The notes beneath the pieces were generated by a model that saw only the letters and a list, made by a program, of their open reading frames with translations, did no database searches and was not told where the DNA came from. A DNA stretch of 62,236 bases, the filler included. It is 4 parts of 4 records of this genome, joined end to end, with 100 filler letters (N's around TTAATTAATTAA, not from the genome) between each part and the next. Parts side by side here need not be neighbours in the genome. Positions count along the whole stretch, not along the records: positions 13,547 to 35,427 come from SRR20825019_2555; 3 more parts are not named here. The stretch is one strand, 5' to 3'. Every line of letters starts with the position of its first letter. Within the stretch, counting starts at the first letter, position 1. The position numbers were made by a program, and so were the translations under genes. Positions 17,635 through 27,984 of the stretch are shown piece by piece.

Positions 17635-18957
17635 ATGAATATCAAAAGAGAAGACATCGACTCGTTAAATGCAATAGTAACAGTTGATATTGCTAAAGAA
17701 GATTACAGCGAAAACGTAGAGAAAATACTAAAGAACTACCGTAAGACTGCTAATATACCTGGTTTTAGAAAAGGCCAAGTTCCTATGGGAATGGTAAAAA
17801 AGCAATATGGTAAAGCTGTATTGGTAGATGAAGTAAACAAATTACTAGATCAAGCCTTAAACAAATATTTAACCGAAGAAAAGTTAGATGTTTTAGGAAA
17901 TCCACTTCCAAAAGAACAAGCAAACTTTGATTGGGATGCAGATGACTATAAATTTGAGTTCGAACTTGGTTTAACTCCAGAGTTTGAATTAGATCTTCAG
18001 CCAAAAAAGGCAATAACATCTTATAAAATCATTGCAGATGATAAGATGATTGATAGCCAGATAGAGCGTATACAAAAGCAATACGGTAAACTTGAAGCTA
18101 AGGATACAGTTGCTGAAGGTGATCTTGTTGCCGGTACTTTTAAAAATGAAGAAGAAGGTATAGAAAACACAACTACGCTTCCTTTAGAAAAGCTAAAAGG
18201 CAAAGCAAACCTTAAAAAGTTTGTTGGAGCTAAAGTTGGAGATACTATTAGCCTTAAAACAAAAGGTCTTTTTGAAGATGATCATGACCTAATGGAATTC
18301 CTTAAAGTTGAACATGACAAAGCACATGGTCTAGATATTCCAGTGACATTTGAAATCACAGAAGCAAATAAGCAAATTCCTGCAGAACTTGATCAAGAAT
18401 TATTTGACAAGCTTTTTGGTAAGGATACAGTGAAAACTGTGACTGAGATGAAAGAAAAAATCAAGGAAGATGCAGAAGGGCAGTTTAAGCAACAGAGCGA
18501 TCAGCAATTATTAACTGATGTTTCTGAGTATCTTATTGAGAACACAAAATTCGATTTGCCAGCAGAATTTCTTCAGCGTTGGATAAAAGCAACATCAGAA
18601 GAAGAAATCACTTTAGAGCAATCTAAAGAAGAATATGAAAAAAGTGAAAAAGGGCTACGTTTTCAGTTAATTGAAGCAAAGCTAATAAAGGACAACAACC
18701 TTAACGTTAACTTTGAAGATCTTAAAGCTTTTGCTAAAGATCGTATTAAGATGCAGATGGCACAATTTGGTCAGATGAATCCTTCAGATAAAGAGTTAGA
18801 AGATATTGCTGCACGTGTACTAGGTAACCAAGATGAGGTTAAGCGTATGACAGAGCAGTTAATGAATGAACGTCTTTTAGGATTCTACAAAGAAAACGTG
18901 AAACTTAAAGAAAAAGAAATGAGCTACGAAGATTTCGTAAAGGAAGTTTACGAATAG
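17635..18957 (+). CDS. tig: Trigger factor
   Basis: IPGFRKGQVP ribosome-binding motif; tig-clpP-clpX order; TAtttTTG Bacteroidetes -7 box at 17599-17606. Confidence 0.95.
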   Translation: MNIKREDIDSLNAIVTVDIAKEDYSENVEKILKNYRKTANIPGFRKGQVPMGMVKKQYGKAVLVDEVNKLLDQALNKYLTEEKLDVLGNPLPKEQANFDWDADDYKFEFELGLTPEFELDLQPKKAITSYKIIADDKMIDSQIERIQKQYGKLEAKDTVAEGDLVAGTFKNEEEGIENTTTLPLEKLKGKANLKKFVGAKVGDTISLKTKGLFEDDHDLMEFLKVEHDKAHGLDIPVTFEITEANKQIPAELDQELFDKLFGKDTVKTVTEMKEKIKEDAEGQFKQQSDQQLLTDVSEYLIENTKFDLPAEFLQRWIKATSEEEITLEQSKEEYEKSEKGLRFQLIEAKLIKDNNLNVNFEDLKAFAKDRIKMQMAQFGQMNPSDKELEDIAARVLGNQDEVKRMTEQLMNERLLGFYKENVKLKEKEMSYEDFVKEVYE

Positions 18958-19046
18958 TCGTTTAGCAGAATTAATAGTATCTTTAAAGCGTTAAGTCTGT
19001 TATAGGTTTAACGTTTTTTTTGTCAAAAAAGAAAAAGAAATTATCT

Positions 19047-19721
19047 ATGGATTACGGAAAAGAATTTGAAAAATACGCAACGAAACATCACGGTATAAAT
19101 AGCAATTATTATAATGATATTGTTAGTAGCATGATGCCAGTAGGGCTAACTCCAAATATTATTGAAGAACGCCAGATGAACATAGCAATTTTTGATGTGT
19201 TTTCTAGGCTAATGATGGATCGTATTATATTTCTAGGTACAGGAATTAACGACCAAGTTGCTAACATTGTACAAGCACAACTATTATTTTTAGAAAGTAC
19301 AGATGCAAATAAGGATATTCAAATTTACATAAACTCACCAGGCGGAAGCGTTTATGCAGGTCTTGGTATTTATGATACTATGCAGTTTATAAAGCCTGAT
19401 GTTGCAACTATCTGTACTGGTATGGCAGCTTCTATGGGTGCTGTGCTTTTATGTGCAGGCGCAGAAGGTAAGCGTAGTGGTTTGCCTCATTCAAGAGTTA
19501 TGATACACCAACCTTTAGGAGGTGCACAAGGACAAGCAAGTGATATAGAAATTACAGCAAGAGAGATTCTTACGTTAAAAGAAGAGCTTTATAAAATTAT
19601 CTCTAAGCATAGTGGTCAACCTTATGATAAAGTTTATGAGGATAGTGATCGTGACTATTGGATGAAAGCAGATAAAGCCAAGGAATATGGTATGATTGAT
19701 GAAGTGCTTAAAAGAGAATAA
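19047..19721 (+). CDS. clpP: Clp protease proteolytic subunit
   Basis: [24 protein letters not shown]; start set at MDYGKEF. Confidence 0.97.
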   Translation: MDYGKEFEKYATKHHGINSNYYNDIVSSMMPVGLTPNIIEERQMNIAIFDVFSRLMMDRIIFLGTGINDQVANIVQAQLLFLESTDANKDIQIYINSPGGSVYAGLGIYDTMQFIKPDVATICTGMAASMGAVLLCAGAEGKRSGLPHSRVMIHQPLGGAQGQASDIEITAREILTLKEELYKIISKHSGQPYDKVYEDSDRDYWMKADKAKEYGMIDEVLKRE

Positions 19722-19741
19722 GCAGAAACTAAAAAAAAGTT

Positions 19742-20974
19742 ATGGCTAAGGAAACCTTAGAATGCTCGTTTTGCGGGAGAAAAAAACCTGAAACCAATTT
19801 ATTAATTGCTGGGTTAGATGCACATATTTGTGATAGGTGTATTGAACAGGCACATGGTATAGTTTTAGAAGAATCTAAACAAGATGCTACAGGTGAGCTT
19901 ACTACAGAGTTAAAATTAAGAAAGCCTCATGCAATAAAGGCCTTTTTAGATGGGTATGTTATTGGGCAGGAACACACTAAGCGTGTTATGTCTGTAGCGG
20001 TATATAACCACTATAAGCGTTTGTTGCAACAACCAAGTGATGATGATATTGAGATACAAAAAAGTAATATCATTATGGTTGGTCAAACAGGTACAGGAAA
20101 GACGCTTATTGCTAAAACCATTGCAAAGATGTTAAACGTACCTCTTGCAATAGTTGATGCTACTGTTTTAACTGAAGCTGGTTATGTAGGAGAAGATGTA
20201 GAGAGTATATTAACGCGCTTATTACAGGCAGCAGATTATAATCTGGAAAAAGCACAGCAAGGTATTGTCTTTATAGATGAAATAGATAAAATTGCTAGAA
20301 AGAGTGATAATCCATCTATTACTAGAGATGTTTCTGGAGAAGGTGTGCAGCAAGCATTATTAAAACTTTTAGAAGGTACAACTGTAAATGTACCACCAAA
20401 AGGAGGAAGAAAACATCCAGACCAAAAGTTTATTGAGGTAGATACCGAGAACATTCTTTTTATAGCTGGTGGAGCTTTTGATGGTATAGATAGAAAAATT
20501 ACTAAGCGTTTAAATATGCAGGCAGTTGGCTTTAGCGCATCTCTTAGTGAAGATCAAATTGAGAGAGATAATTTATTAAAGTATATTATACCTAAAGATT
20601 TAAAAGATTTTGGTTTAATACCAGAAATTATAGGACGCTTGCCAGTACTAACTTATATGAATCCTTTAGATAAGGGTACTTTAAGAGCAATACTTACAGA
20701 ACCTAAAAATGCCATTATTAAACAATATAAAAAGTTGTTTGAGATGGATGAGGTAGATTTTCATATTACAGACGGAGCCTTAGATTATATTGTTGAAAAA
20801 GCTATTGAATATCAATTAGGTGCCAGAGGTTTACGATCGCTTTGTGAAGAAATATTTACAGACGCAATGTTTGATCTTCCAGATAGTGATGAAAAAGAAT
20901 TTAAAGTAACTAAAGCTTATGCTGAGGAGAAATTAAATAAATCTATTATCAAAAAATTGAAAGCTGTATCATAA
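19742..20974 (+). CDS. clpX: Clp protease ATP-binding subunit
   Basis: CSFCG zinc finger, [22 protein letters not shown]. Confidence 0.97.
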   Translation: MAKETLECSFCGRKKPETNLLIAGLDAHICDRCIEQAHGIVLEESKQDATGELTTELKLRKPHAIKAFLDGYVIGQEHTKRVMSVAVYNHYKRLLQQPSDDDIEIQKSNIIMVGQTGTGKTLIAKTIAKMLNVPLAIVDATVLTEAGYVGEDVESILTRLLQAADYNLEKAQQGIVFIDEIDKIARKSDNPSITRDVSGEGVQQALLKLLEGTTVNVPPKGGRKHPDQKFIEVDTENILFIAGGAFDGIDRKITKRLNMQAVGFSASLSEDQIERDNLLKYIIPKDLKDFGLIPEIIGRLPVLTYMNPLDKGTLRAILTEPKNAIIKQYKKLFEMDEVDFHITDGALDYIVEKAIEYQLGARGLRSLCEEIFTDAMFDLPDSDEKEFKVTKAYAEEKLNKSIIKKLKAVS

Positions 20975-21001
20975 GTTTAAAATTGTATAATATTATTTCA
21001 T

Positions 21002-21031
21002 AAAACTGCGCTTTTTTAAAGCGCAGTTTTT
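21002..21031 (+). terminator. Intrinsic terminator
   Basis: AAAACTGCGC/GCGCAGTTTT hairpin after clpX. Confidence 0.7.
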
Positions 21032-21042
21032 ATTTTTAGGAT

Positions 21043-21834
21043 ATGCAAAACAATGCACCTATAGGTATTTTTGATTCAGGAGTTGGAGGTACCTCAATAT
21101 GGAGAGAAATTCATCAATTACTGCCTTTAGAGCATACAATCTATCTTGCAGACAGTAAGAATGCTCCTTATGGTGAAAAAACTAAAGATGAGATTGTTGA
21201 ACTTAGTATTAAGAATACAGAAAAGCTAATTAGCTTAGGTGCTAAAGTAATTATTGTGGCTTGCAATACAGCAACTACTAATGCCATAAAGCATTTAAGA
21301 GCAAATTACACATTACCAATAATAGCTATAGAGCCTGCTATAAAACCTGCAGCATTAAATACTAAAACCAAAGCAGTAGGAATACTTGCTACTCAAGGCA
21401 CTTTAAACAGTGAGTTATTTACACAAACATCAGAGCTATATGCGAGAGATATAGATATTATTGAAGTCTTTGGTAAAGGTCTTGTACCTGAAATTGAAGC
21501 TGGCCGACAAGATGGAAAAGAGGTTGAGCGTTTGCTTAAATTATATCTAAAGCCAATGCTGGATAAAAATATCGATTACTTGGTTTTGGGTTGCAGCCAT
21601 TATCCGTATTTAATTCCTAAGCTTAAAGAATTGCTTCCTGAAACAGTAACAATAATAGATTCTGGCTTGGCAGTTGCAAGGCAAACAAAAGCAGTTTTAG
21701 AACATTATAATTTATCTGCTATTTCTCCACAGCCAGCACCAATATTTTATACTAATTCTGACAATTTAGAACCCTTAAGACAAATTGTAAATACAGATGA
21801 AAAGCGTTATTCTATACACTATTTAGATTTTTAA
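21043..21834 (+). CDS. murI: Glutamate racemase
   Basis: FDSGVGG, PYGEK, VACNTAT, LGCSHYP. Confidence 0.95.
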   Translation: MQNNAPIGIFDSGVGGTSIWREIHQLLPLEHTIYLADSKNAPYGEKTKDEIVELSIKNTEKLISLGAKVIIVACNTATTNAIKHLRANYTLPIIAIEPAIKPAALNTKTKAVGILATQGTLNSELFTQTSELYARDIDIIEVFGKGLVPEIEAGRQDGKEVERLLKLYLKPMLDKNIDYLVLGCSHYPYLIPKLKELLPETVTIIDSGLAVARQTKAVLEHYNLSAISPQPAPIFYTNSDNLEPLRQIVNTDEKRYSIHYLDF

Positions 21835-23174
21835 TTGCAGCCTAAATCTATTCTAGATTGCTCATCATTGTTAGGAAAACAATTACCAGAGTTAACTGTG
21901 TTGGGAACATAGCGTAATAAATCTGGGTCTCTTAAAGCGTCTTTCAGGAAAGCTGTTAGGTCTGTTATTTCATCACTGGTTAAATTTGAAGAACCAAATT
22001 GCGAAGCTAGTTGCGTAGAAGGAACTTCAGCGCTTTGTGCTACACCATTGTTCTTGTATTCTACAACCTCTCTAATGGTTGAAAACGTTCCGCCATGACC
22101 AAATGCACCAGCATCTGCTAAGTTATATAGCGTAGGTGTTTTAAATTTATAATCATCATCTGGGTTTTGTGTAAAACCACCACGTCCTTTTTTAACGCTT
22201 TCAAAATCAATAGATGGTAAAACCATGGCTTCTAGAGAACCATCAAAATCTCCAAAACCAAACGCGTGAAACTCTTGGTCTTTTAGTGCAGGACCATTGT
22301 GACATTGGTAGCATAAACCTTTATCGAAAAATAGATTTGCACCTCTTTTCTGTTGATCATTTAATGCTTCTAAATCTCCCTTTAAATACTCTTGCCAAGG
22401 CGCTTGGTTTGCAAGAATTGTTCTATTAAAAGCTGCAATTGCTAAAGCAGCTGTTTTTCTAGTATAACGTTCAGATTGTGGAATGTTATAAAATGCAGCA
22501 TCAAACATCGTTCTGTAGTTATAGGAATCTACAAACTCTTCATTAACTTTTAAACGGTGTTCTAGCTGGCCTTGCATAGCTTGTACCTCTACGCCTTGAA
22601 AACCTTCAGCATTTTCTGGAATATGATCCCATTGAGCTTCGGTTCCTGCATTTGTTCCGGTGCCGCCAAATTGCCCATTCCATAACATAACATCTTGATA
22701 AGCTAAGTTTAAAAGTGTTGGTGGCCTTACTGCTTGTATATCTACTGAGTCTAGTGGCATTTCTGTATTAAATGTTCTTCCTTCGCCATTAACTCCAAAA
22801 CCAATGCCGCCTTCTCCAATACCTTGTCGTCTTCCTGAGAAAAATCCAGAGGCTACAGGATGGCAAGTTGCACAGGTGTATTGCCCGTTCATTTCATCCA
22901 TTTTGGGATTGCCGCCTAAAGCAGTTTCATGAAGTAATAGTTTCCCTAAAGCTACTTTTTCTGCCGTAATTGGATTTAGTGGATCTTGAGGTATTCGGGA
23001 AAAATCATCACTATCTGGAAGAAGGTAATATGATGTGCCAACGCCGTTAGAAGCATTAACAAGATTAGTGATGAGCTCATCATCTAAATCGCTTGTATAG
23101 CTTTCATAATTAGCGTTTTCTGTTTGGCAGGATGACAAAACGATAACTAATACCAATGCGTAAAATACCTTCAT
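21831..23174 (-). CDS. Di-heme cytochrome c peroxidase/MauG-family lipoprotein
   Basis: Lipobox LSSC, CATCH and CYQCH heme motifs, LWNG, FKTPTLYN; start set at MKVFYAL. Confidence 0.88.
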   Translation of the reverse strand: MKVFYALVLVIVLSSCQTENANYESYTSDLDDELITNLVNASNGVGTSYYLLPDSDDFSRIPQDPLNPITAEKVALGKLLLHETALGGNPKMDEMNGQYTCATCHPVASGFFSGRRQGIGEGGIGFGVNGEGRTFNTEMPLDSVDIQAVRPPTLLNLAYQDVMLWNGQFGGTGTNAGTEAQWDHIPENAEGFQGVEVQAMQGQLEHRLKVNEEFVDSYNYRTMFDAAFYNIPQSERYTRKTAALAIAAFNRTILANQAPWQEYLKGDLEALNDQQKRGANLFFDKGLCYQCHNGPALKDQEFHAFGFGDFDGSLEAMVLPSIDFESVKKGRGGFTQNPDDDYKFKTPTLYNLADAGAFGHGGTFSTIREVVEYKNNGVAQSAEVPSTQLASQFGSSNLTSDEITDLTAFLKDALRDPDLLRYVPNTVNSGNCFPNNDEQSRIDLGCN

Positions 23175-23234
23175 ATAAACGGATGTTAATAAGACGTTAA
23201 AGTTATAATTAACATGTGATATATACAAGAGCTC

Positions 23235-24512
23235 TTAAGTGATTGGTTTTCTTAGTGTTATTAAGTATCCAATACCAAAAGCAAAGGCAGCAGGAATAAG
23301 CCATCCGAGACCAAAATTAGATAAAGGTATGCTGTTAGAAATTGATGATATTATCTGAGAATCTGGAGCTATAACTTTTAAAGCGTCTGGTATACTAAAT
23401 ATAGAAGTGAAAATAACAACTAACTTCATGATTAATTGATGCCTTAGTTTATCTGAAAGTATATTAAGAATTATTAATACTATGGTTAGTGGATAAACTA
23501 GCATAAGGATTGGTAATGCAAGAGTAATAATAAAATCTACTGAAAATGCGCCAACTACAATACCAAACAAACACGCAATAGTAACACTTGTAATATAGGA
23601 GTACTTATATTTGAATTGGTCTGAGAAAAAATCTGCAGTACCTGTTACTATACCTACAGCAGTAGTAAAACATGCTAAAGATACCAGAATTGCAAGGCAA
23701 ATACTTGCATAAGGCCCAAGTGTTAAACTGCTTATGCCAGATAATAATTGTGTTCTTGTAACGTCTTCACTAAAAAGATGCCCAAATAATGCACCTTCAT
23801 AAATTAATCCGCAATAAATTATGAATAATCCTAATGCAGATATTATTGCGGCTTTTGTTATTAATTTTTTAGCTTCAACTTGATTGTTGTAGCCTTTAAG
23901 TTTTACAGAGATAATTATCACACCGCCAACAACCAATGCGCCAATAGCATCAAAAGTTTGGTAGCCTTCAAAAAAACCGTCAAGTATTGGGGTTTTGAGT
24001 GACGATACTTTCATAGTTTCAGTATCCTCAAAAATTCCGAAGAAAATCATTCCTAATATTAAAATAAGAATAGCAGGAGTTATGTACTTTCCAATGTTAT
24101 TTAATACAGTAGATCTTTTGGCAACAAATATGAAGACCAGTCCAAAATATAAAATGCTAACTGCTAACGGTGAGATGTTAAAGAATGGTTCAAAAGCCAT
24201 CTCATAAGTAAATGCTGCAGTTCTCGGCGAAGGTATTGCAGCAGAAATGCTATATATTAAAATGCAGAAAATAAGACTAAAGACTTTAGAGACAGGTTTT
24301 CCAAAATCATACATTGTGCCTTGTATTCTTGCATGAGCAAAAATACCTAGTAAAGGTATTCCTATAGCTGTGATTATAAACCCGATTGCTACTAAATACC
24401 ATTCTTGGCCTGCTAAAAAACCTAACATAGGTGGTAGTACAATATTACCTACACCAAAGAACAGTGCAAATAATGCAAAACCTACTATAAAATCATCTTT
24501 GCGTAATCCCAT
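23235..24512 (-). CDS. brnQ: Branched-chain amino acid transporter
   Basis: LFFGVGNIVLPP, PRTAA, GYQTFDA, LACFTTAVG. Confidence 0.9.
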   Translation of the reverse strand: MGLRKDDFIVGFALFALFFGVGNIVLPPMLGFLAGQEWYLVAIGFIITAIGIPLLGIFAHARIQGTMYDFGKPVSKVFSLIFCILIYSISAAIPSPRTAAFTYEMAFEPFFNISPLAVSILYFGLVFIFVAKRSTVLNNIGKYITPAILILILGMIFFGIFEDTETMKVSSLKTPILDGFFEGYQTFDAIGALVVGGVIIISVKLKGYNNQVEAKKLITKAAIISALGLFIIYCGLIYEGALFGHLFSEDVTRTQLLSGISSLTLGPYASICLAILVSLACFTTAVGIVTGTADFFSDQFKYKYSYITSVTIACLFGIVVGAFSVDFIITLALPILMLVYPLTIVLIILNILSDKLRHQLIMKLVVIFTSIFSIPDALKVIAPDSQIISSISNSIPLSNFGLGWLIPAAFAFGIGYLITLRKPIT

Positions 24513-24548
24513 TTAAAATCGAAACTTTGTGCAATATATACTTTTTGG

Positions 24549-25316
24549 ATGATTATAAATTTTAGAGGAACGCAAATACATTATAATGTAGAAGGAAAAG
24601 GAGATGCTCTTGTTTTGCTTCATGGCTTTTTAGAAAGTAGTACAATGTGGAACTCATTAATGCCTGTACTTTCTAAGAGGTTTAAGATTATAGCTGTTGA
24701 TTTGCCAGGTCATGGAAAAAGTGGGGTTTTTGGAGACATACATTCAATGCAATTAATGGCAGATTGTATTTTAGAAATTCTTAGAACTGAAGATGTAAAA
24801 AATGCTCATTTTGTAGGGCACTCTATGGGCGGATATGTTGCATTGGCATATTTAAAAAATAACTTAGAGCAGGTAACTTCAATAACATTATTAAACTCAA
24901 CTCCTTCAGAAGATTCTATATCTAGAAAGAAAAATAGAGAGCGTGCTGTACAACTCATAAAAAAATATCCTCAAGCATTTATTAGTATGGGTGTTACAAA
25001 TTTGTTTGCCAATGAAAAAGCATCAATATATGAGGAAACAATCAAAGTCATGAAAGCTGAGGCAAATACATATCCTATTGATGGTATTATAGCAAATATA
25101 AAAGGTATGAAGACACGAGAAGATACACGAGAGTTGCTACGTAACTATAAAGGCCAAAAAAATATTATTACAGGAAAAGAAGATCCTATTGTTTTATTTA
25201 ATGAAATTAAAAACATAGCAAAAGTAACAGATAGTAAACTGTATTCACTTTCTGGAGGACATATGAGTCATATTGAAGCTAAAAATGAAGTCTTAGATAT
25301 TATTCTTCGTCTTTAA
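24549..25316 (+). CDS. Alpha/beta hydrolase
   Basis: LLHGFLES, DLPGHGKS, GHSMGG, GHMSHIE. Confidence 0.88.
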   Translation: MIINFRGTQIHYNVEGKGDALVLLHGFLESSTMWNSLMPVLSKRFKIIAVDLPGHGKSGVFGDIHSMQLMADCILEILRTEDVKNAHFVGHSMGGYVALAYLKNNLEQVTSITLLNSTPSEDSISRKKNRERAVQLIKKYPQAFISMGVTNLFANEKASIYEETIKVMKAEANTYPIDGIIANIKGMKTREDTRELLRNYKGQKNIITGKEDPIVLFNEIKNIAKVTDSKLYSLSGGHMSHIEAKNEVLDIILRL

Positions 25317-26358
25317 GCGCATTCCAGCCACGTGCAGTAAGTTCTATTTGCTGATTGCCTCTAGTAATAAGATGCTTTCCTTCAGATTCTGGTTTCATAT
25401 GACCTATGATTGAAAAATTAGGGTTGCCTTTAATTTTTTCAAAATCTTTTTGGTCTACTGTAAATAAGAGTTCGTAATCTTCGCCACCACTTAATGCTAT
25501 TGTTGTGCTATCTAAATTAAATTCCTCACAAACAGTTATCATGCTAGGGTCTAATGGTATCTTATCCTCAAATAAGTTAACACCAACGTTAGAGTGTTTG
25601 CATAAGTGTAAAGTTTCAGAAGACAAACCATCGCTTATATCTATCATTGATGTTGGCTTAACTTCTAACACATTTAAAAGTTCCTTGATGTCCCTGCGGG
25701 CTTCAGGTTTCATTTGTCGCTCTAACAAATAGGTATAAGGAGATAGGTCTGGTTGGTTATTAGGATTTACCTTGAAAACTTCCTTTTCTCTTTCTAAAAT
25801 TTGAAAGCCCATATAAGCAGCGCCTAAGTCGCCACTTACCACCAATAAATCATTTGGCTTGGCACCACTTCTGTAAGTTACCTCTTCTTCTTTGGCGTGA
25901 CCTACAGCAGTAACAGAAATTATTAATCCAGATGTTGAAGACGTAGTGTCTCCACCTACTAAATCTACATCATAAATTTTACAAGCTAAGTGAATACCAG
26001 AATAAAGCTCTTCTAATGCTTCTAAAGGAAATCTGTTTGAAACTGCTATTGATACTGTAACCTGAGTAGCCTTACCATTCATAGCATAAATATCCGATAA
26101 GTTTACCATTACTGCTTTATAGCCTAAATGCTTTAAAGGCATATAAGACAAGTCAAAATGTACACCTTCAATTAAGAAATCTGTAGACACTAGTGTTTGT
26201 TCACCGTTAAAATCTAAAACTGCAGCATCATCTCCAACACCTTTTTTAGAAGACGTGTTTTTTAATTCAACATTGTCCATTAAGTGATCTATAAGTCCAA
26301 ATTCTCCTAGTGAGGACAGGCTGGTTTTGCTAATATCTTTATTGTCAAACATTATCAT
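25300..26358 (-). CDS. thiL: Thiamine-monophosphate kinase
   Basis: GEFGLI, GDDAA, EGVHF, NLSDIYAM, GGDT, DISDGL, GGEDYEL; start uncertain by a few codons. Confidence 0.93.
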   Translation of the reverse strand: MIMFDNKDISKTSLSSLGEFGLIDHLMDNVELKNTSSKKGVGDDAAVLDFNGEQTLVSTDFLIEGVHFDLSYMPLKHLGYKAVMVNLSDIYAMNGKATQVTVSIAVSNRFPLEALEELYSGIHLACKIYDVDLVGGDTTSSTSGLIISVTAVGHAKEEEVTYRSGAKPNDLLVVSGDLGAAYMGFQILEREKEVFKVNPNNQPDLSPYTYLLERQMKPEARRDIKELLNVLEVKPTSMIDISDGLSSETLHLCKHSNVGVNLFEDKIPLDPSMITVCEEFNLDSTTIALSGGEDYELLFTVDQKDFEKIKGNPNFSIIGHMKPESEGKHLITRGNQQIELTARGWNALKDEE

Positions 26359-26400
26359 ATATTTACGAGCCACAAAATTAAAGTATTAAACCACAAAACC

Positions 26401-27810
26401 ATGAAGCACCTATTACTTTCTTTATTTTTTATTTCATGCCTCTCATTTTCACAAACACCTTGCGAAAATGGCTTTGCAGGGATATACCCTTGCAACGGTT
26501 ACGATTTAGTCTCTGAAATTAGCTTATCAACGCTTTCTGCAACTGCTAGTTTAGCAAATGATTCTTGGGGATGGACAGATCCAGAAACTGGTAATGAATA
26601 TGCAATTGTAGGCTTGAGTAACGGTACTGCTTTTATAAATATTTCAGATCCAGTAAATCCAGAACACTTGGGCACGCTACCTACACAAACATTTAATAGT
26701 TCATGGAGAGATGTGAAAGTTTACAATAACCACGCATTTATTGTGAGCGAAGCTGCTAATCATGGAATGCAGGTTTTCGACTTAACCAAATTAAGAAATG
26801 TAAACATATCTACTTTTTTATTTGCAGACGCTGTGTATAGTGAGTTTGGGAATGCGCACAACATTGTTATAAATGAAGACTCTGGTTATGCTTATGCTGT
26901 AGGGACCAATACATTTAATGGCGGTCCTCACTTTATTAATATACAAGACCCTCAAAACCCTGTAGCAGCTGGTGGTTTCGCTATGGATGACTATAGTCAC
27001 GATGCTCAAGTAGTAACATATAATGGGCCAGATACAGAGCACGTAGGGAAAGAAATACTTATTGGTAGTAATGCCAGTATTGTTTCCATAGTAGATATTT
27101 CAGATAAATCTAATCCGGTTTCAATCTCAACAACATCCTATGGTCAAGTAGGTTACACGCATCAAGGTTGGTTTACAGAAGATCAACGCTATTTTATACT
27201 TGGTGATGAGCTTGATGAAACAGAAGTTGGATTCAATACAAGAACAATAGTATATGATTTAAACGATTTAGATAATCCAGTTATTCACTTTGAATACTTT
27301 GGACCAACGTCTGCCATAGATCATAATGGTTATGTAAATGGGGATAATTTTTACCTTGCTAACTACAGAGCTGGTGTAAGAGTTTTAGATGTCTCGAATA
27401 TTGCAGCTGGCGAAATGACAGAGATTGGTTTTTTTGATACTTATTTGGCTAATGACAGTGCTAACTTTAATGGTGCTTGGAATGTATATCCTTATTTTGA
27501 GAGCGGCAATATCTTAATAAGTGATATAGAACGTGGCTTTGTTTTAATAAAAAAGAGTGAGGAAGTATTAAATGTTTCTGAAGTTGATAATGAGGAGACA
27601 TTTAATATTTATCCTAACCCAACTACTAATTACTTAAAAGTATCATCTAACAATGCATTAAGCTCAATTGAAGTTTATAACGTTTTAGGGGAAATGGTGT
27701 TACAAGAAACAACAAGTTTAAAAGAATATACACTAAATGTAGAGCACCTGAGCCAAGGTGTATATGTTCTTAATATAAATGGAAAAGCAACTAAATTCAT
27801 AAAGAGCTAA
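26401..27810 (+). CDS. Choice-of-anchor B (LVIVD-repeat propeller) protein with T9SS C-terminal domain
   Basis: Signal peptide, YPCNG, DSWGW, WRDVKVY, AHN, SHD, THQGW, DELDE, DHN; CTD with IYPNP..YNVLG..GVY..KFIK. Confidence 0.85.
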   Translation: MKHLLLSLFFISCLSFSQTPCENGFAGIYPCNGYDLVSEISLSTLSATASLANDSWGWTDPETGNEYAIVGLSNGTAFINISDPVNPEHLGTLPTQTFNSSWRDVKVYNNHAFIVSEAANHGMQVFDLTKLRNVNISTFLFADAVYSEFGNAHNIVINEDSGYAYAVGTNTFNGGPHFINIQDPQNPVAAGGFAMDDYSHDAQVVTYNGPDTEHVGKEILIGSNASIVSIVDISDKSNPVSISTTSYGQVGYTHQGWFTEDQRYFILGDELDETEVGFNTRTIVYDLNDLDNPVIHFEYFGPTSAIDHNGYVNGDNFYLANYRAGVRVLDVSNIAAGEMTEIGFFDTYLANDSANFNGAWNVYPYFESGNILISDIERGFVLIKKSEEVLNVSEVDNEETFNIYPNPTTNYLKVSSNNALSSIEVYNVLGEMVLQETTSLKEYTLNVEHLSQGVYVLNINGKATKFIKS

Positions 27811-27876
27811 TATTGAAATTACAATGCACGCACTGTAAAATTCGATTAACTGAGTTTTTTATCGACAATACTAAGT

Positions 27877-27902
27877 AAAGCCGCTATCTGCGGCTTTTTT
27901 TT
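27877..27902 (+). terminator. Intrinsic terminator
   Basis: AAAGCCGC-TATCT-GCGGCTTT followed by a T run. Confidence 0.7.
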
Positions 27903-27984
27903 ATGCCTTAATTAACAGCGATTTATATCGTAAAACTATCTCTTGAGTTAAATTGCAAGGTGATAATTGAAAATCTTAATTCCC

